Shown: one piece after another, positions 1 through 9,141 of the stretch
How the letters are laid out: every line of letters begins with the position of its first letter
Position numbering within the stretch: the stretch's first letter is position 1
DNA from: Dehalococcoidia bacterium
GTDB lineage: Bacteria; Chloroflexota; Dehalococcoidia; Bin125
Direction: 5' to 3'
Length of the DNA stretch: 64,000 nucleotides
Assembly (NCBI GenBank): GCA_963662615.2
Contig: CAXXSR010000001.1
Coordinates: 800,001 to 864,000 of the forward strand
Program-made: the position numbers and the translations under genes
Notes under the pieces: model-generated
Databases searched by the model: none
What the model was told of the DNA's origin: nothing
The model's input: only the letters and a program-made list of their open reading frames with translations

Positions 1-696
1 CGCAATGTCGTAGATCCAGTTCCCCTCCTCGGTCTGCCGGGCCAGGAACTTCTCGTCGGCGGCAGAGAGGAGGAAGACCCGCCCGATCTCGCGCAGGTAC
101 ATCCGCACCGGATCGTCGATGCCTTCGCCCTCTTCCATGGCGATGCGGCTGGCGATGCTTGGGACCGGAGCGCGCCGCGAGAACGGAACGGGCGCACCAG
201 TCCGTTTCTTGCCCGCCTTGCCCTTGGCATCCTTCGCCGACTCGATCACCTTCGCATCGATCGGCTCGCTGAATTCGAACATGGCGACCGCCGGCTGCAC
301 CTCCTGCTGTTCCGCCAGGGTCTTGGCCACCGTCCGCCGTGCCGCCGCCTTCTTCGGGCTGGGAGCCGCCTTGGTGGACTTCTTGGTGGTCGTTTTGGGC
401 TGCTCCGCCAGATTGATGGAGCGCCGGCCGGCCGGCATGGAGAACTCGTCGACCGGGGCCGTCAGCGCCCGCACTTTTCGTTGCTGCGCCGACGTCGTCG
501 CGGGCTTCGGCCTGCGCTGGCCCGGGGCCTCCGCCGTCATTCGGCGTGTGCTCGCCGAGAGCGGCTTCGACTTTTTGGCCGTCCCCTCACCGCCCGCCGA
601 CCGCGCCTTCGTGGTGGCGCCGTCGCGCTTCGACGCCCTTGTGCGTGACCGTTTCGTCGTCTTGGTCGTCCTAGTCGTCCTGGTCGTCGTGGTCAT
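1..696 (-). CDS. rpoD: RNA polymerase primary sigma factor (sigma-70/SigA), 5' part; runs off the window edge
   Basis: Not in ORF track (truncated). Manual translation gives region 1.2 motif IDDPVRMYLREIGRVFLLSAADEKFLARQ. ATG at 696 overlaps the dnaG TGA (ATGA); classic dnaG-rpoD order. Confidence 0.93.
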   Translation of the reverse strand, partial: MTTTTRTTRTTKTTKRSRTRASKRDGATTKARSAGGEGTAKKSKPLSASTRRMTAEAPGQRRPKPATTSAQQRKVRALTAPVDEFSMPAGRRSINLAEQPKTTTKKSTKAAPSPKKAAARRTVAKTLAEQQEVQPAVAMFEFSEPIDAKVIESAKDAKGKAGKKRTGAPVPFSRRAPVPSIASRIAMEEGEGIDDPVRMYLREIGRVFLLSAADEKFLARQTEEGNWIYDIA

Positions 697-2681
697 GCGT
701 CGCCCCCCTCAGCGGGCGTGATGGCCTTCCCACCCGCATGCAGTTCCCGCGCCGTGGCCTGGCTCTCCAGGACGCTCCGCGCCGCCCCGCTGATGGCCGT
801 GGCGTCCGCGGGCTCATCCGCGTTGCTCAGGGCGGCTGCCGCCAGCGCCAGGGGATCACCGTGATATTCACGCTCATGTTCGGCAATGGTCTGACTCTGC
901 AAGCGCAGCACCTCTCGCAGGCGTCGCTCTCGCAGCCGCGCCACGGTCTGTCGCGCCGCCTGACACGCCTGCTCGCTGGAGAAGGGAGCCAGATCGCTCG
1001 CGGCCTCCTGCAACGGCTCCAGGTAGTCGCGCAGGGCGGGCCCCAACTCGCTTTGCCACGTCTCCACGTCGGTGGCGGCGAGACGCCGCCGCAGCAGCTC
1101 ACGCGCCACGCCGTCGTCGATCAGCTCCGCCGTCTCCGCCCCGATCTCCGCAACGACCTCCGGTCGCGCGACCACCAGCTTCAGCAGGAACGACGCAAGC
1201 GAGTCGCTCGGCGGCGGCGCCGCCTGGGCCGTCGCGGGCGCGGCCGCCGCCGCCCGGCTGCGGCGCGCCGGCTGCCCTGCGCTTTCGGCCATTCGCCGTC
1301 GCAGTTCACGGGCGTCCACGCGCGCTTGCCCGGCCAGCCTCTGCAGGTACTCCTCGCGGACCACGGGCTCCGTGATGGCGCCCACCAGCGGCAGCAGCTC
1401 CTCCACCAGCGCCGCCCGCTCCCGCGGCAGGCGCAGTTCGCGCGCGGCTTTTGCGCGCGCGAAGCGGTAGTCCAAGAACGGCGGTGCTTCCCGGACCAAT
1501 GTGGCCCAGCGCTCCGGGTCCCGGCGGATCAAGGTGTCGGGGTCCTGGCCGGGGGGCAGTGCAATGATCCGGATGTCCGCCGCAAGCTCGTCCTGCAGGC
1601 TGACCAGCCGGCGCGCCGTGATGGTCGCGAATCGCTCCGCCCTCGGAGTGTGCGCCAGCCACTCGGCGCGGGCGCTCTGCGACAGCGCCGCGACGTCCGG
1701 CACCTTCGCTGTGCCCATCGCTTCGCTGGTCGTCTCAATCCCGCGCAGCGTCGCCGCCGCGCCGGCGGCGTCGGGGTCCAGGGCCAACCTGATGTTGCGC
1801 GTCAGCGGCTTGATCAGGGCCACCTGCTTTTCCGTCAGCGCCGTCCCCAGCGACGCCAGCACGTTCAGCTGGCCGTGCTGGTGCGCCGCGATCACGTCCA
1901 TGTAGCCCTCAACGATGATGGCCTGGTCGGCTCGCCGGATCGCCTCTCGCGCCCGGTCCAGCCCGTACAGCAGACTGCTCTTGTCGAAGACGTCCGTCTG
2001 CGCCGTGTTGAGATACTTCGCCCCGCCGCCCTGGAGGATGCGACCGCCAAATCCCACACAGCGCCCGCGCCCATCACGAATGGGGAAGACCAGCCGCCCG
2101 CGGAAGCGGTCAACGTGGCCCCGTTCGCCTTCCAAGGCCAGTCCGGCGGCCACGGCCTCGGCGCTGCTGAAGCCCCGCGCGCTCAAGTAGCCCAACAGGG
2201 CGTCGCCGCGATCGGGGGCGTAGCCCACCGCGAACGCTTCGCTGACCTCGTCGCTGAGCCCCCGCGCCTCTACGTAGGCGCGGGCCTCGTCCGCTTCCGG
2301 TTCGCGCAACAGCTGCGTGCGGTAGAACGTGGCCGCGGTCTCGTTCGCGCTGCGCAGCCGCTCGCGTCGCTTCTGCTCCTCTTCCGCGCGCGCGTCCAGC
2401 GGCGTCAGCGGCAGGCCGGCCCGATCCGCCAGCGCACGCAGCGCCTCGCGAAAGTCCACCCCCTCCCGCTTCATCACCCAGGAGAAGATGTCGCCGCCCT
2501 CGCTGCAGGCGCCGAAGCAGTGCCAGGTCTGGCGGCTTGGATCGACGACGAACGACGGCGTCCGCTCGGCGTGAAACGGGCAGAGCGCCGTGTGGCGGCG
2601 CCCGCTCTGGCGCAGCTGCACGCCCTCACCGACCAGATCAACGATGTCGACGCGCGCCTTGATCTCGTCAACCAGTGTCAA
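693..2681 (-). CDS. dnaG: DNA primase
   Basis: CHC2 zinc finger (CPFHAERTPSF...WHCFGAC), KYLN motif, TOPRIM IVEGYMDVIA and DPDAAG. Confidence 0.97.
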   Translation of the reverse strand: MTLVDEIKARVDIVDLVGEGVQLRQSGRRHTALCPFHAERTPSFVVDPSRQTWHCFGACSEGGDIFSWVMKREGVDFREALRALADRAGLPLTPLDARAEEEQKRRERLRSANETAATFYRTQLLREPEADEARAYVEARGLSDEVSEAFAVGYAPDRGDALLGYLSARGFSSAEAVAAGLALEGERGHVDRFRGRLVFPIRDGRGRCVGFGGRILQGGGAKYLNTAQTDVFDKSSLLYGLDRAREAIRRADQAIIVEGYMDVIAAHQHGQLNVLASLGTALTEKQVALIKPLTRNIRLALDPDAAGAAATLRGIETTSEAMGTAKVPDVAALSQSARAEWLAHTPRAERFATITARRLVSLQDELAADIRIIALPPGQDPDTLIRRDPERWATLVREAPPFLDYRFARAKAARELRLPRERAALVEELLPLVGAITEPVVREEYLQRLAGQARVDARELRRRMAESAGQPARRSRAAAAAPATAQAAPPPSDSLASFLLKLVVARPEVVAEIGAETAELIDDGVARELLRRRLAATDVETWQSELGPALRDYLEPLQEAASDLAPFSSEQACQAARQTVARLRERRLREVLRLQSQTIAEHEREYHGDPLALAAAALSNADEPADATAISGAARSVLESQATARELHAGGKAITPAEGGDA

Positions 2682-2742
2682 TGCGGAATCGCCTCAGGAG
2701 AATTCCGCCCCGGGTGGGCGGAAGCTGCCAGCATCCATGCTC

Positions 2743-2774
2743 GTCAAATGGCCCATTTGACAACGAGTGTATCA
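2743..2774 (-). promoter_or_regulatory. Extended -10 promoter (TG-A-TACACT) for dnaG-rpoD, with a perfect palindrome over the predicted start site
   Basis: Minus strand TGATACACT at 2774-2766; GTCAAATGG-C-CCATTTGAC at 2743-2761. Confidence 0.5.
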
Positions 2775-2849
2775 GATAGGGATGCGCGCCGGAGCGCGCA
2801 GTTGACAATCAATCTGAATCAGCCGCTCTGGATCGGTGGGCGGCTCCAG

Positions 2850-4550
2850 TCAGGGCGTGATGGTGATCGTGACCAGATTGTTGCCCTCGTTCGCCTCGGC
2901 GATTTCGTTGCCGGGATCAATGATGGCGGAGAGTTCGCCGGCGCCCTCGATCGGCGTCGCACCGGTCAGCGTCAGCGATCCTTGGACCGCCAGCACCCCC
3001 GTGAACGAGAGCTGCTCCGCGGCCTGGCCGTTGAAGAGCAGGAGCACGCGCAGCGTCCCCGAGAAGTTCGCGGCGCCGACATTGCCGATCCGCACGATCG
3101 CCCGACGGTCCTGGCTGAGTTCCAGCCCTTGCGCCACCAGGTCTGGACCCACGGCGGGCTGGAACAGGGCCGTGATCTCGTTATTGCCTTCGTCCAGCTC
3201 CGCCACGGCGTTGCCGCCGTCCAGCAGCACGGTGATCTCCAGCTCCTCGTTCAGGACGGTGGGCAGCGTGATCGCCTGCGACCCGCCCCGCGACAGTGTC
3301 AGCGTCTTCTCCGTCTCCGCCAGCAGGACGCGATCCGCCGTCCGCTCCACGCTGATCAGAACGGTCGCCGACTGGATCGCCGCCTCGCCCTGGTTGGCGA
3401 CGGTGACCACCACCCTGTTCCCCTCGCCGACGGTAATCGCGAGGGGCACGAGGTCCGGAAGGGGCCCCTCAGTGCTCTCCTCTCCCTCCAGGACGCGAAT
3501 CTCCACCCGGGCGTCGAAGCGCTGGCCGGATTCAGAGAAGGCCACCGCCTGCACGCTGTAGTCGCCGGGCGCGGGCGGCTGGAAGGGGATGGAGAGGCGG
3601 TAGCTGCCATCCGGCAAGCGATCGGGCTCCAGGTTCAGGAGGAAGTCGGCGTTGACGTATACCTCCAGGTTGACGATTCGCCCGGTGTCCTCGGCCGCGA
3701 TGTCGAGGTCGATGCTGAGATCCTCTGCGTATGGGAACTCGTCCCCGTCTTGGGGATCACGGATGCTGAGGAGGCCCAGTTGGTCGCTGTCGTCGTCGGC
3801 CGGGGAGCCCGCCCCGCCCCCTTCCGTCACCGCTTCGCCCACCACCTCCACGGTCACCTCAGTGACCCCCTCCTGCCCGCTGAGCGTGCGCGCGCGCACC
3901 CGCAGAGTGACGACCCCGGGCGCGCGCGGGGTCCAGTTCAGGACCGCCACCGAGCCGCCGCCCTCCGATGTCTCGGCCGGGGCGCTGTCCACCTCCAGCC
4001 CGTCAACCTCCAGCGTGAACGTGGCGGCGGGCTCACCGACGTCGCCGCCGGCCTGGACCAAGACGGCCAGCGATTCGTCCACCGGGACGCGTTGGGCGGA
4101 ACGTGGCGAGAGAACCCCGACCTGGAGGGTGGCCGGCAGGCGCGACGGATCGTCGGTCACCTCGACGCGGAACGTCAGCTCGCTCACCTTGCCGCTGACG
4201 CTGACGGCGCGGATCGTCAAGTCGGCGAAGCCGAGCCGCTCGGGGGCCCAACTGAAGGTGGCGATGAAATCCCCCTGCGTGGGATCTTCCACGGGCTGAG
4301 CGTCGCGGCCGACCGGTTCATCGTCCACCACCAGCTCAACGCTGGTCACCGGCTCGGTGTCGCGCACCGTCACCCGAATCTCGATCGGCTCGCCCAGCAA
4401 CACGATGTCGTCGTCGCGCAGGGAGGAGACCACCACCGCATCTTCGGCGCGGCCGTCGCCGTCGACGAGCACGACGATGACGATGGCCGCGATGAGGGCG
4501 ACGACCCCCAGCAACATGGCGATCAAGATGGAGCCGACACGGCTCGTCAT
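2850..4550 (-). CDS. Membrane-anchored surface protein with three bacterial Ig-like domains and two CARDB-like domains
   Basis: N-terminal hydrophobic helix; repeated SP.D...V...VDG...W.P...G beta modules; CARDB motifs PDLV...N.G...D..N.VAE.DEGNN twice; very acidic. Confidence 0.8.
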   Translation of the reverse strand: MTSRVGSILIAMLLGVVALIAAIVIVVLVDGDGRAEDAVVVSSLRDDDIVLLGEPIEIRVTVRDTEPVTSVELVVDDEPVGRDAQPVEDPTQGDFIATFSWAPERLGFADLTIRAVSVSGKVSELTFRVEVTDDPSRLPATLQVGVLSPRSAQRVPVDESLAVLVQAGGDVGEPAATFTLEVDGLEVDSAPAETSEGGGSVAVLNWTPRAPGVVTLRVRARTLSGQEGVTEVTVEVVGEAVTEGGGAGSPADDDSDQLGLLSIRDPQDGDEFPYAEDLSIDLDIAAEDTGRIVNLEVYVNADFLLNLEPDRLPDGSYRLSIPFQPPAPGDYSVQAVAFSESGQRFDARVEIRVLEGEESTEGPLPDLVPLAITVGEGNRVVVTVANQGEAAIQSATVLISVERTADRVLLAETEKTLTLSRGGSQAITLPTVLNEELEITVLLDGGNAVAELDEGNNEITALFQPAVGPDLVAQGLELSQDRRAIVRIGNVGAANFSGTLRVLLLFNGQAAEQLSFTGVLAVQGSLTLTGATPIEGAGELSAIIDPGNEIAEANEGNNLVTITITP

Positions 4551-4805
4551 AGAGTCCCTAACGCCCGTGCCTCACCCCACTGTTCCGCTACCCTAGCGGC
4601 CCCACGCCGCAGAGGCGAGAAGCCGCCCGCGCGCAGCCCGCGGACGAAGCATCCGCCGCCCCCGGGAGTGCCCGCAGCGCCCATCTCCGACCCTGCGGAG
4701 CGTGGAGGAGCTTGCCTTAAGCACAGACGCTGGGGCCGCTGCGGCTGTTCCGGCGCCACTGTGCCGGGTGCACGGTCCGCCGGCGGTTGCGCGGTCGGTG
4801 GCGCC

Positions 4806-6653
4806 TTACTCTACGGTCACCGTCTTGGCGAGGTTACGCGGCTGATCGACGTCGGCTCCGCGCGCCGTGGCCAGGAAGTAGGCGATCAGCTGCGCGGGCA
4901 CCGTCGTCGCGAAAGGGCTGATCAGCGGGTCGGTCTCGGGCACGGGGATGAAGCGGTCGGCCTGCGCTTCCAACTGGCGATCGCCCTCGGTGCCCACGGC
5001 GATCACCGTGCCATTGCGGGCCTGCACCTGCTGGATGCTGCTCCACATCTTGTCGTAGAGCGGATCGCGCGGGGCCAGCGCGATCACCGGCAGGCGCCGG
5101 TCGATCAGCGCAATCGGCCCGTGCTTCAACTCTCCTGCCGGATACCCCTCCGCGTGGATGTAGGACACCTCTTTGCACTTCAGCGCCCCCTCCAGAGCGA
5201 TGGGGTACTGCAGGCCGCGGCCCAGGTAGAGGAGGTTGTCCACGTCGCGAAAGTCTTGGGCAATGGCCTCGTACTGCCCCACCTGCTGCAGCATCTGGTC
5301 CACCAGCCCCGGCACGGTCAGGAGCGAGTCGATCGCCGCCTCCAGCGCGGCGCTGTCCAGCCACCCTCGCGCGGCGCCAATGCGGCAGGCCAGGAGATAG
5401 AGCGCGGCCATGGAGGCCGTGAACGTCTTGGTGGACGCCACGCCGATCTCGGGACCGCAGCGCAGGTAGACGGCAGCGCCGTCGCTGATGCGCGTCGCCT
5501 CCGCGCCGACCACATTGCAGACGGCGACCTGCGGCGCGCCCCAGCTCTCTTTGACGTGCGCCATGGCGCCCAGCGTGTCGACGGTCTCACCGGATTGCGT
5601 GACGGAGACCACCAGCGTCTCCGGGCCCAGCAGCGGCTGGCGGTGGCGGAACTCGGAGGCGTTGTCGTAGTCGGCGGGGATGCCGGCGAGCCGCTCCATG
5701 TACGTACGCCCCACCATGGCCGCGTGCATGGACGTGCCCATGCCGATGATCAGTACCCGCCGCAGGCCCCGCAGTTGCTCGTCGCTGAAGGGCACGTCTT
5801 CCAGCAGCAGCCCGGGCGGGTTGACATGCGCGCGGCCCCGGATCGTGTCGGAGAGGGCGCGGGGCTGCTCCATGATCTCCTTGAGCATGAAGTGTTTGTA
5901 CGGGCCTTTGACCACGGCCACCGGGTCCAGTCCCACCGCCTGCGGCGCCACCGGCACCGCGGCGCCCGCGACGCTCCAGATCGATGCGCCCTGCGCCGTC
6001 ACCTCCGCCCACTCGCCGTCCCGGAGATGCTGGACCCGGTCGGTGTGGGGGAGGAGTGGCGGCAGGTCACTGGCCACGAACATCTCCCCTTCGCCGAAGC
6101 CCAGGACAATGCCGCCGGCGTTGCCCAGTCGCGCCGCGTACAGGCGATCCGGCTGGGGCCGCCAGATGGCGACGATGGCGTTGCCCCCCCTGATCTCCTC
6201 CAGGGCTCCGCGGAAGGCGCTGCGGAAATCGCCCCCCTGGCGCAGATGCAGGCTGATCAGGTGCGGGATCACCTCCGTGTCGGTTTCGGTCTCACAAGTG
6301 ATCCCGGCCGCCTCCAGCCGGCCCAGCACCGATCGGTAGTTCTCCACGATGCCGTTGTGTACGACCACAACGTCGCCCGAGGAGGAGATGTGGGGATGGG
6401 CGTTGCGATCCGTCGCCGCGCCGTGCGTGGCCCAGCGCGTGTGGCCCACGCCCACTCCGCCGGCGGGTGGGGTAGCGAACGCCCGCGCCAGCTCGGCCAG
6501 CTTGCCGGCTCGCTTCAGGACCGCCAGGGCGCCGTCGTGATCGATGACGGCGATGCCGCTGCTGTCATAGCCGCGGTATTCGAGACGCTGGAGCCCCTCC
6601 AGCAGGATGGGGGCCGCCGCCTGCCGCCCCACGTAGCCGATGATGCCGCACAT
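4806..6653 (-). CDS. glmS: Glutamine-fructose-6-phosphate transaminase (isomerizing)
   Basis: MCGIIG start, GHTRWATHG, C-terminal DQPRNLAKTVTVE. Confidence 0.98.
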   Translation of the reverse strand: MCGIIGYVGRQAAAPILLEGLQRLEYRGYDSSGIAVIDHDGALAVLKRAGKLAELARAFATPPAGGVGVGHTRWATHGAATDRNAHPHISSSGDVVVVHNGIVENYRSVLGRLEAAGITCETETDTEVIPHLISLHLRQGGDFRSAFRGALEEIRGGNAIVAIWRPQPDRLYAARLGNAGGIVLGFGEGEMFVASDLPPLLPHTDRVQHLRDGEWAEVTAQGASIWSVAGAAVPVAPQAVGLDPVAVVKGPYKHFMLKEIMEQPRALSDTIRGRAHVNPPGLLLEDVPFSDEQLRGLRRVLIIGMGTSMHAAMVGRTYMERLAGIPADYDNASEFRHRQPLLGPETLVVSVTQSGETVDTLGAMAHVKESWGAPQVAVCNVVGAEATRISDGAAVYLRCGPEIGVASTKTFTASMAALYLLACRIGAARGWLDSAALEAAIDSLLTVPGLVDQMLQQVGQYEAIAQDFRDVDNLLYLGRGLQYPIALEGALKCKEVSYIHAEGYPAGELKHGPIALIDRRLPVIALAPRDPLYDKMWSSIQQVQARNGTVIAVGTEGDRQLEAQADRFIPVPETDPLISPFATTVPAQLIAYFLATARGADVDQPRNLAKTVTVE

Positions 6654-6695
6654 CGGCTGGGCGCATCCTCCCCCGTCGCGGCGCCTGCCCGGCCC

Positions 6696-8123
6696 CTAAC
6701 AGCTCGCGACCGCCCACGAGCGGCCGTTCGACCGGAGCGGCCGCGGCGCCGGCGTGCCGCCGCCCTCAACCGTCACCCACTCTATGACCTCGCTCAGGGT
6801 ATAGGCAAAAGTCAGGGGACAGCGCAGCGTTGCACTCAGCTCTTCGGAGCGCAGGTCGTCCAGGAAGCGGCGGCCGAAGTAGTCCAAGCTGGCGCGCGGG
6901 AGAAACAGTCGCTCGCTCCGAGCCAGACCGCGCGCCGACGCCAACTGCTCTGCGAAGTCCGAGCCCGGCAGGAGGCCGGCCACGTTGACACGCTCGCCGA
7001 ACAGCGTGTTGTGAATCGCGATCACGTCGATCCGTATGTCCAGCAGATCCGCCGCCTCCGCGGCGAGGCGGCGAAGCGTCGGCGCGATCAGGGCGCCGGT
7101 GGCGATGGTGACGTGGCGGAGCACTGGGGGGCCGTAGCGCCCCGCGCGGATCCGCCGGCGTGCCCGGCCCCAGTCGTCCATCAGCGTGCGCGTCATGCCC
7201 ACGCCGTTCTCCCACTGGGAGAAGCCGTCGTACAGGTTGGCGCTGGGGATCCGCGCTCCGGCGGTCAGGTAGAACTCATCCGACGGGTAGACGGTGGCGC
7301 CGTTGCGTGTCGCACAGGCGCGCTTCTGCCAGCGCCGGATCTGGCGGACGACAGCGCGCGCTTCAGCCGTCGTGCAGGCACGTATGCCCGGGTGCTTGAT
7401 GCGCTTTTCCCCCTCCAGGCTTGATCCCACCGGCACCACGCTAATGCCGAGGACGTTGGCGTGTCCCAGCAGCTCTCCCACCGTCTCGTCCAGCGCCGCG
7501 CCGTCGTTCACGCCGGGACAGAGCACCACCTGGGTCTGGACGCTGACGCCCATCCGCGCCAGGCGGCGGAGCTGTCCGCGAATGTCCGGGGCGCGTGGGT
7601 TCCCCAGCATCTCGCGCCGCAACGCCGGGTCGGTGGCGTGCACCGACACGTTGAGCGGACTGAGACGCTGCTCGCCCAAGCGCTGCCAGTCCGCCTCCTC
7701 CAGGTTCGTGAGCGTGACGAAGTTGCCGTGCAGGAACGAGAGACGGTAGTCGTCGTCCTTGACGTACAGGCTCTTGCGCAGACCCTTGGGCAGCCCTTTG
7801 AGGAAGCAGAAGAAACACTTGTTGTTGCAGAGCGTCGTCCCGCCGAAGGCGTCGTCGGCGAATTCGATGCCGAGCGGTTCGTCCGCCGGCTTCTCGAACT
7901 CCACGGCGCCCTCGACGCCGTCGTGACTGACCGTCAGGGTGACGACCTCTTCGGCAGTGCGAAAGCGGTAATCGAGCTGATCTTGGACGGGCCGCCCGTC
8001 CACCGCGAGGATGCGGTCGCCGGGGCGGAGCCCAGCCTCGGCGGCGAGGCTGCCAGCTTCGACGACGGAGATCTCGCCGCTGCGGCGTCGCTGCTTGGCG
8101 GCAGCGGGCGGTTCGCCGGCCAT
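6696..8123 (-). CDS. PDZ + radical SAM + DUF512 protein
   Basis: N-terminal PDZ (GSLAAEAGLRPGDRILAVDG), CNNKCFFC radical SAM motif, LYVKDDDYRLSFLHGNFVTLTN, QWENGVG. Confidence 0.92.
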   Translation of the reverse strand: MAGEPPAAAKQRRRSGEISVVEAGSLAAEAGLRPGDRILAVDGRPVQDQLDYRFRTAEEVVTLTVSHDGVEGAVEFEKPADEPLGIEFADDAFGGTTLCNNKCFFCFLKGLPKGLRKSLYVKDDDYRLSFLHGNFVTLTNLEEADWQRLGEQRLSPLNVSVHATDPALRREMLGNPRAPDIRGQLRRLARMGVSVQTQVVLCPGVNDGAALDETVGELLGHANVLGISVVPVGSSLEGEKRIKHPGIRACTTAEARAVVRQIRRWQKRACATRNGATVYPSDEFYLTAGARIPSANLYDGFSQWENGVGMTRTLMDDWGRARRRIRAGRYGPPVLRHVTIATGALIAPTLRRLAAEAADLLDIRIDVIAIHNTLFGERVNVAGLLPGSDFAEQLASARGLARSERLFLPRASLDYFGRRFLDDLRSEELSATLRCPLTFAYTLSEVIEWVTVEGGGTPAPRPLRSNGRSWAVASC

Positions 8124-8132
8124 GGGAGCGTC

Positions 8133-8310
8133 CTAGTCCTTTGCGATCTCCTCGATGCGCGCCACCACGGCGTCGATCGAGAAGTCCGGTGTGGAGGCGT
8201 CGGTCGTCACGCCGTCCGCCTCGTGCCTGTCGAACCAGTGCGGCAGAAGCTCAAGTCGCGCGATTTGATCACCTGCATCGCGCGTTCCCTCCTGGGCTGC
8301 TCTCCTCGTG
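8133..8310 (-). pseudogene. Possible gene remnant or small ORF(s) between plsC and the DUF512 gene
   Basis: Protein-like frame RRAAQEGTRDAGDQIARLELLPHWFDRHEADGVTTDASTPDFSIDAVVARIEEIAKD* has no good start. An alternative 23-aa ORF starts at ATG 8278 after a GGAGG. Confidence 0.3.
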
Positions 8311-8322
8311 GGGGAGGCGCGG

Positions 8323-9141
8323 CTAGGCCGAGTGCACCGGCTCGGCGCCCGCCCGGACGATGTCGATCGCCGCTTCATCCGGCAGGTCCGCGAAACGATC
8401 GCGATACACGCCACGATAGCGGGCCGGCAGTTGCGCGGCAATTTCTCGCATGATCCGCAGGCTCGCCGCCTCCACGGAGTGGCGCGCCACGCGCCCGCGG
8501 TGCTCAATGCGGAACGGCTTGCCGAAGACGACGCGGACCCGCGGTCGCTGCAGAAGGACGCGCCAGCCGCGCCGGAAGCGCTCGCTGCCGGTGATCGCCA
8601 CGGGCACGATGGTCGTCTGCGTGCGCAGCGCGATGTAGGCCGTCCCAGGATGCGCCTCAATGAGCGCGCCGCTGTCGGAGCGATGGCCCTCCGGGAACAT
8701 CCCCAGAATCTCACCACGCTCCAGTTGACTCTCCGCCTCGTGCAGGGCGCCCAAGTCCGCCTCGAAGCGTTTGACTGGAAACGCCCCAGAGAGCGCGAAC
8801 AGGTAGCCGAAAAACGGTTTCTGGAACAGTTCGATCTTGGCCATGTACTTGGGCCAACGCGGATAGAGAACGGCCGCCAGCAGCGGCGGGTCGGCCGACG
8901 AGAGGTGGTTGGAGACCATCAGCACGCCGCCCTCCCGCGGCACGTTCTCCAAGCCCACACGCTCCCACTTCGCCCAGATGTGGAAGGCGAGAACGGTCAC
9001 GCCGCAGGAGAAGAGATACCAGGGGCGGGAGGGCATGGGCATGCCCGGCAGTCCCACCTGGCGCAACGGCCGCGACTCACCGAACAACAAGCGGATGAGC
9101 GTCGCCGTGAGCCTCCGGAGGAGGGCGGTCAGGGGGCGCAT
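8323..9141 (-). CDS. plsC: 1-acyl-sn-glycerol-3-phosphate acyltransferase
   Basis: NHLSSAD (NHxxxxD), FPEGHRS, IVPVAI; start may lie further downstream. Confidence 0.9.
   Translation of the reverse strand: MRPLTALLRRLTATLIRLLFGESRPLRQVGLPGMPMPSRPWYLFSCGVTVLAFHIWAKWERVGLENVPREGGVLMVSNHLSSADPPLLAAVLYPRWPKYMAKIELFQKPFFGYLFALSGAFPVKRFEADLGALHEAESQLERGEILGMFPEGHRSDSGALIEAHPGTAYIALRTQTTIVPVAITGSERFRRGWRVLLQRPRVRVVFGKPFRIEHRGRVARHSVEAASLRIMREIAAQLPARYRGVYRDRFADLPDEAAIDIVRAGAEPVHSA

Noticed and set aside
6654-6695. glmS ribozyme upstream of glmS
   Set aside because: Only 42 bp separate glmS from the upstream gene; no room and no motif.
738-7424. 2228-aa plus-strand ORF and other long antisense ORFs (e.g. 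23130-25457, 32529-35327, 52410-54638)
   Set aside because: Shadow frames opposite well-supported genes; expected in high-GC DNA; no protein motifs.
8124-8278. Selenocysteine read-through of the TGA in the 23-aa ORF
   Set aside because: Read-through sequence is not protein-like and has no redox motif; no SECIS could be supported.
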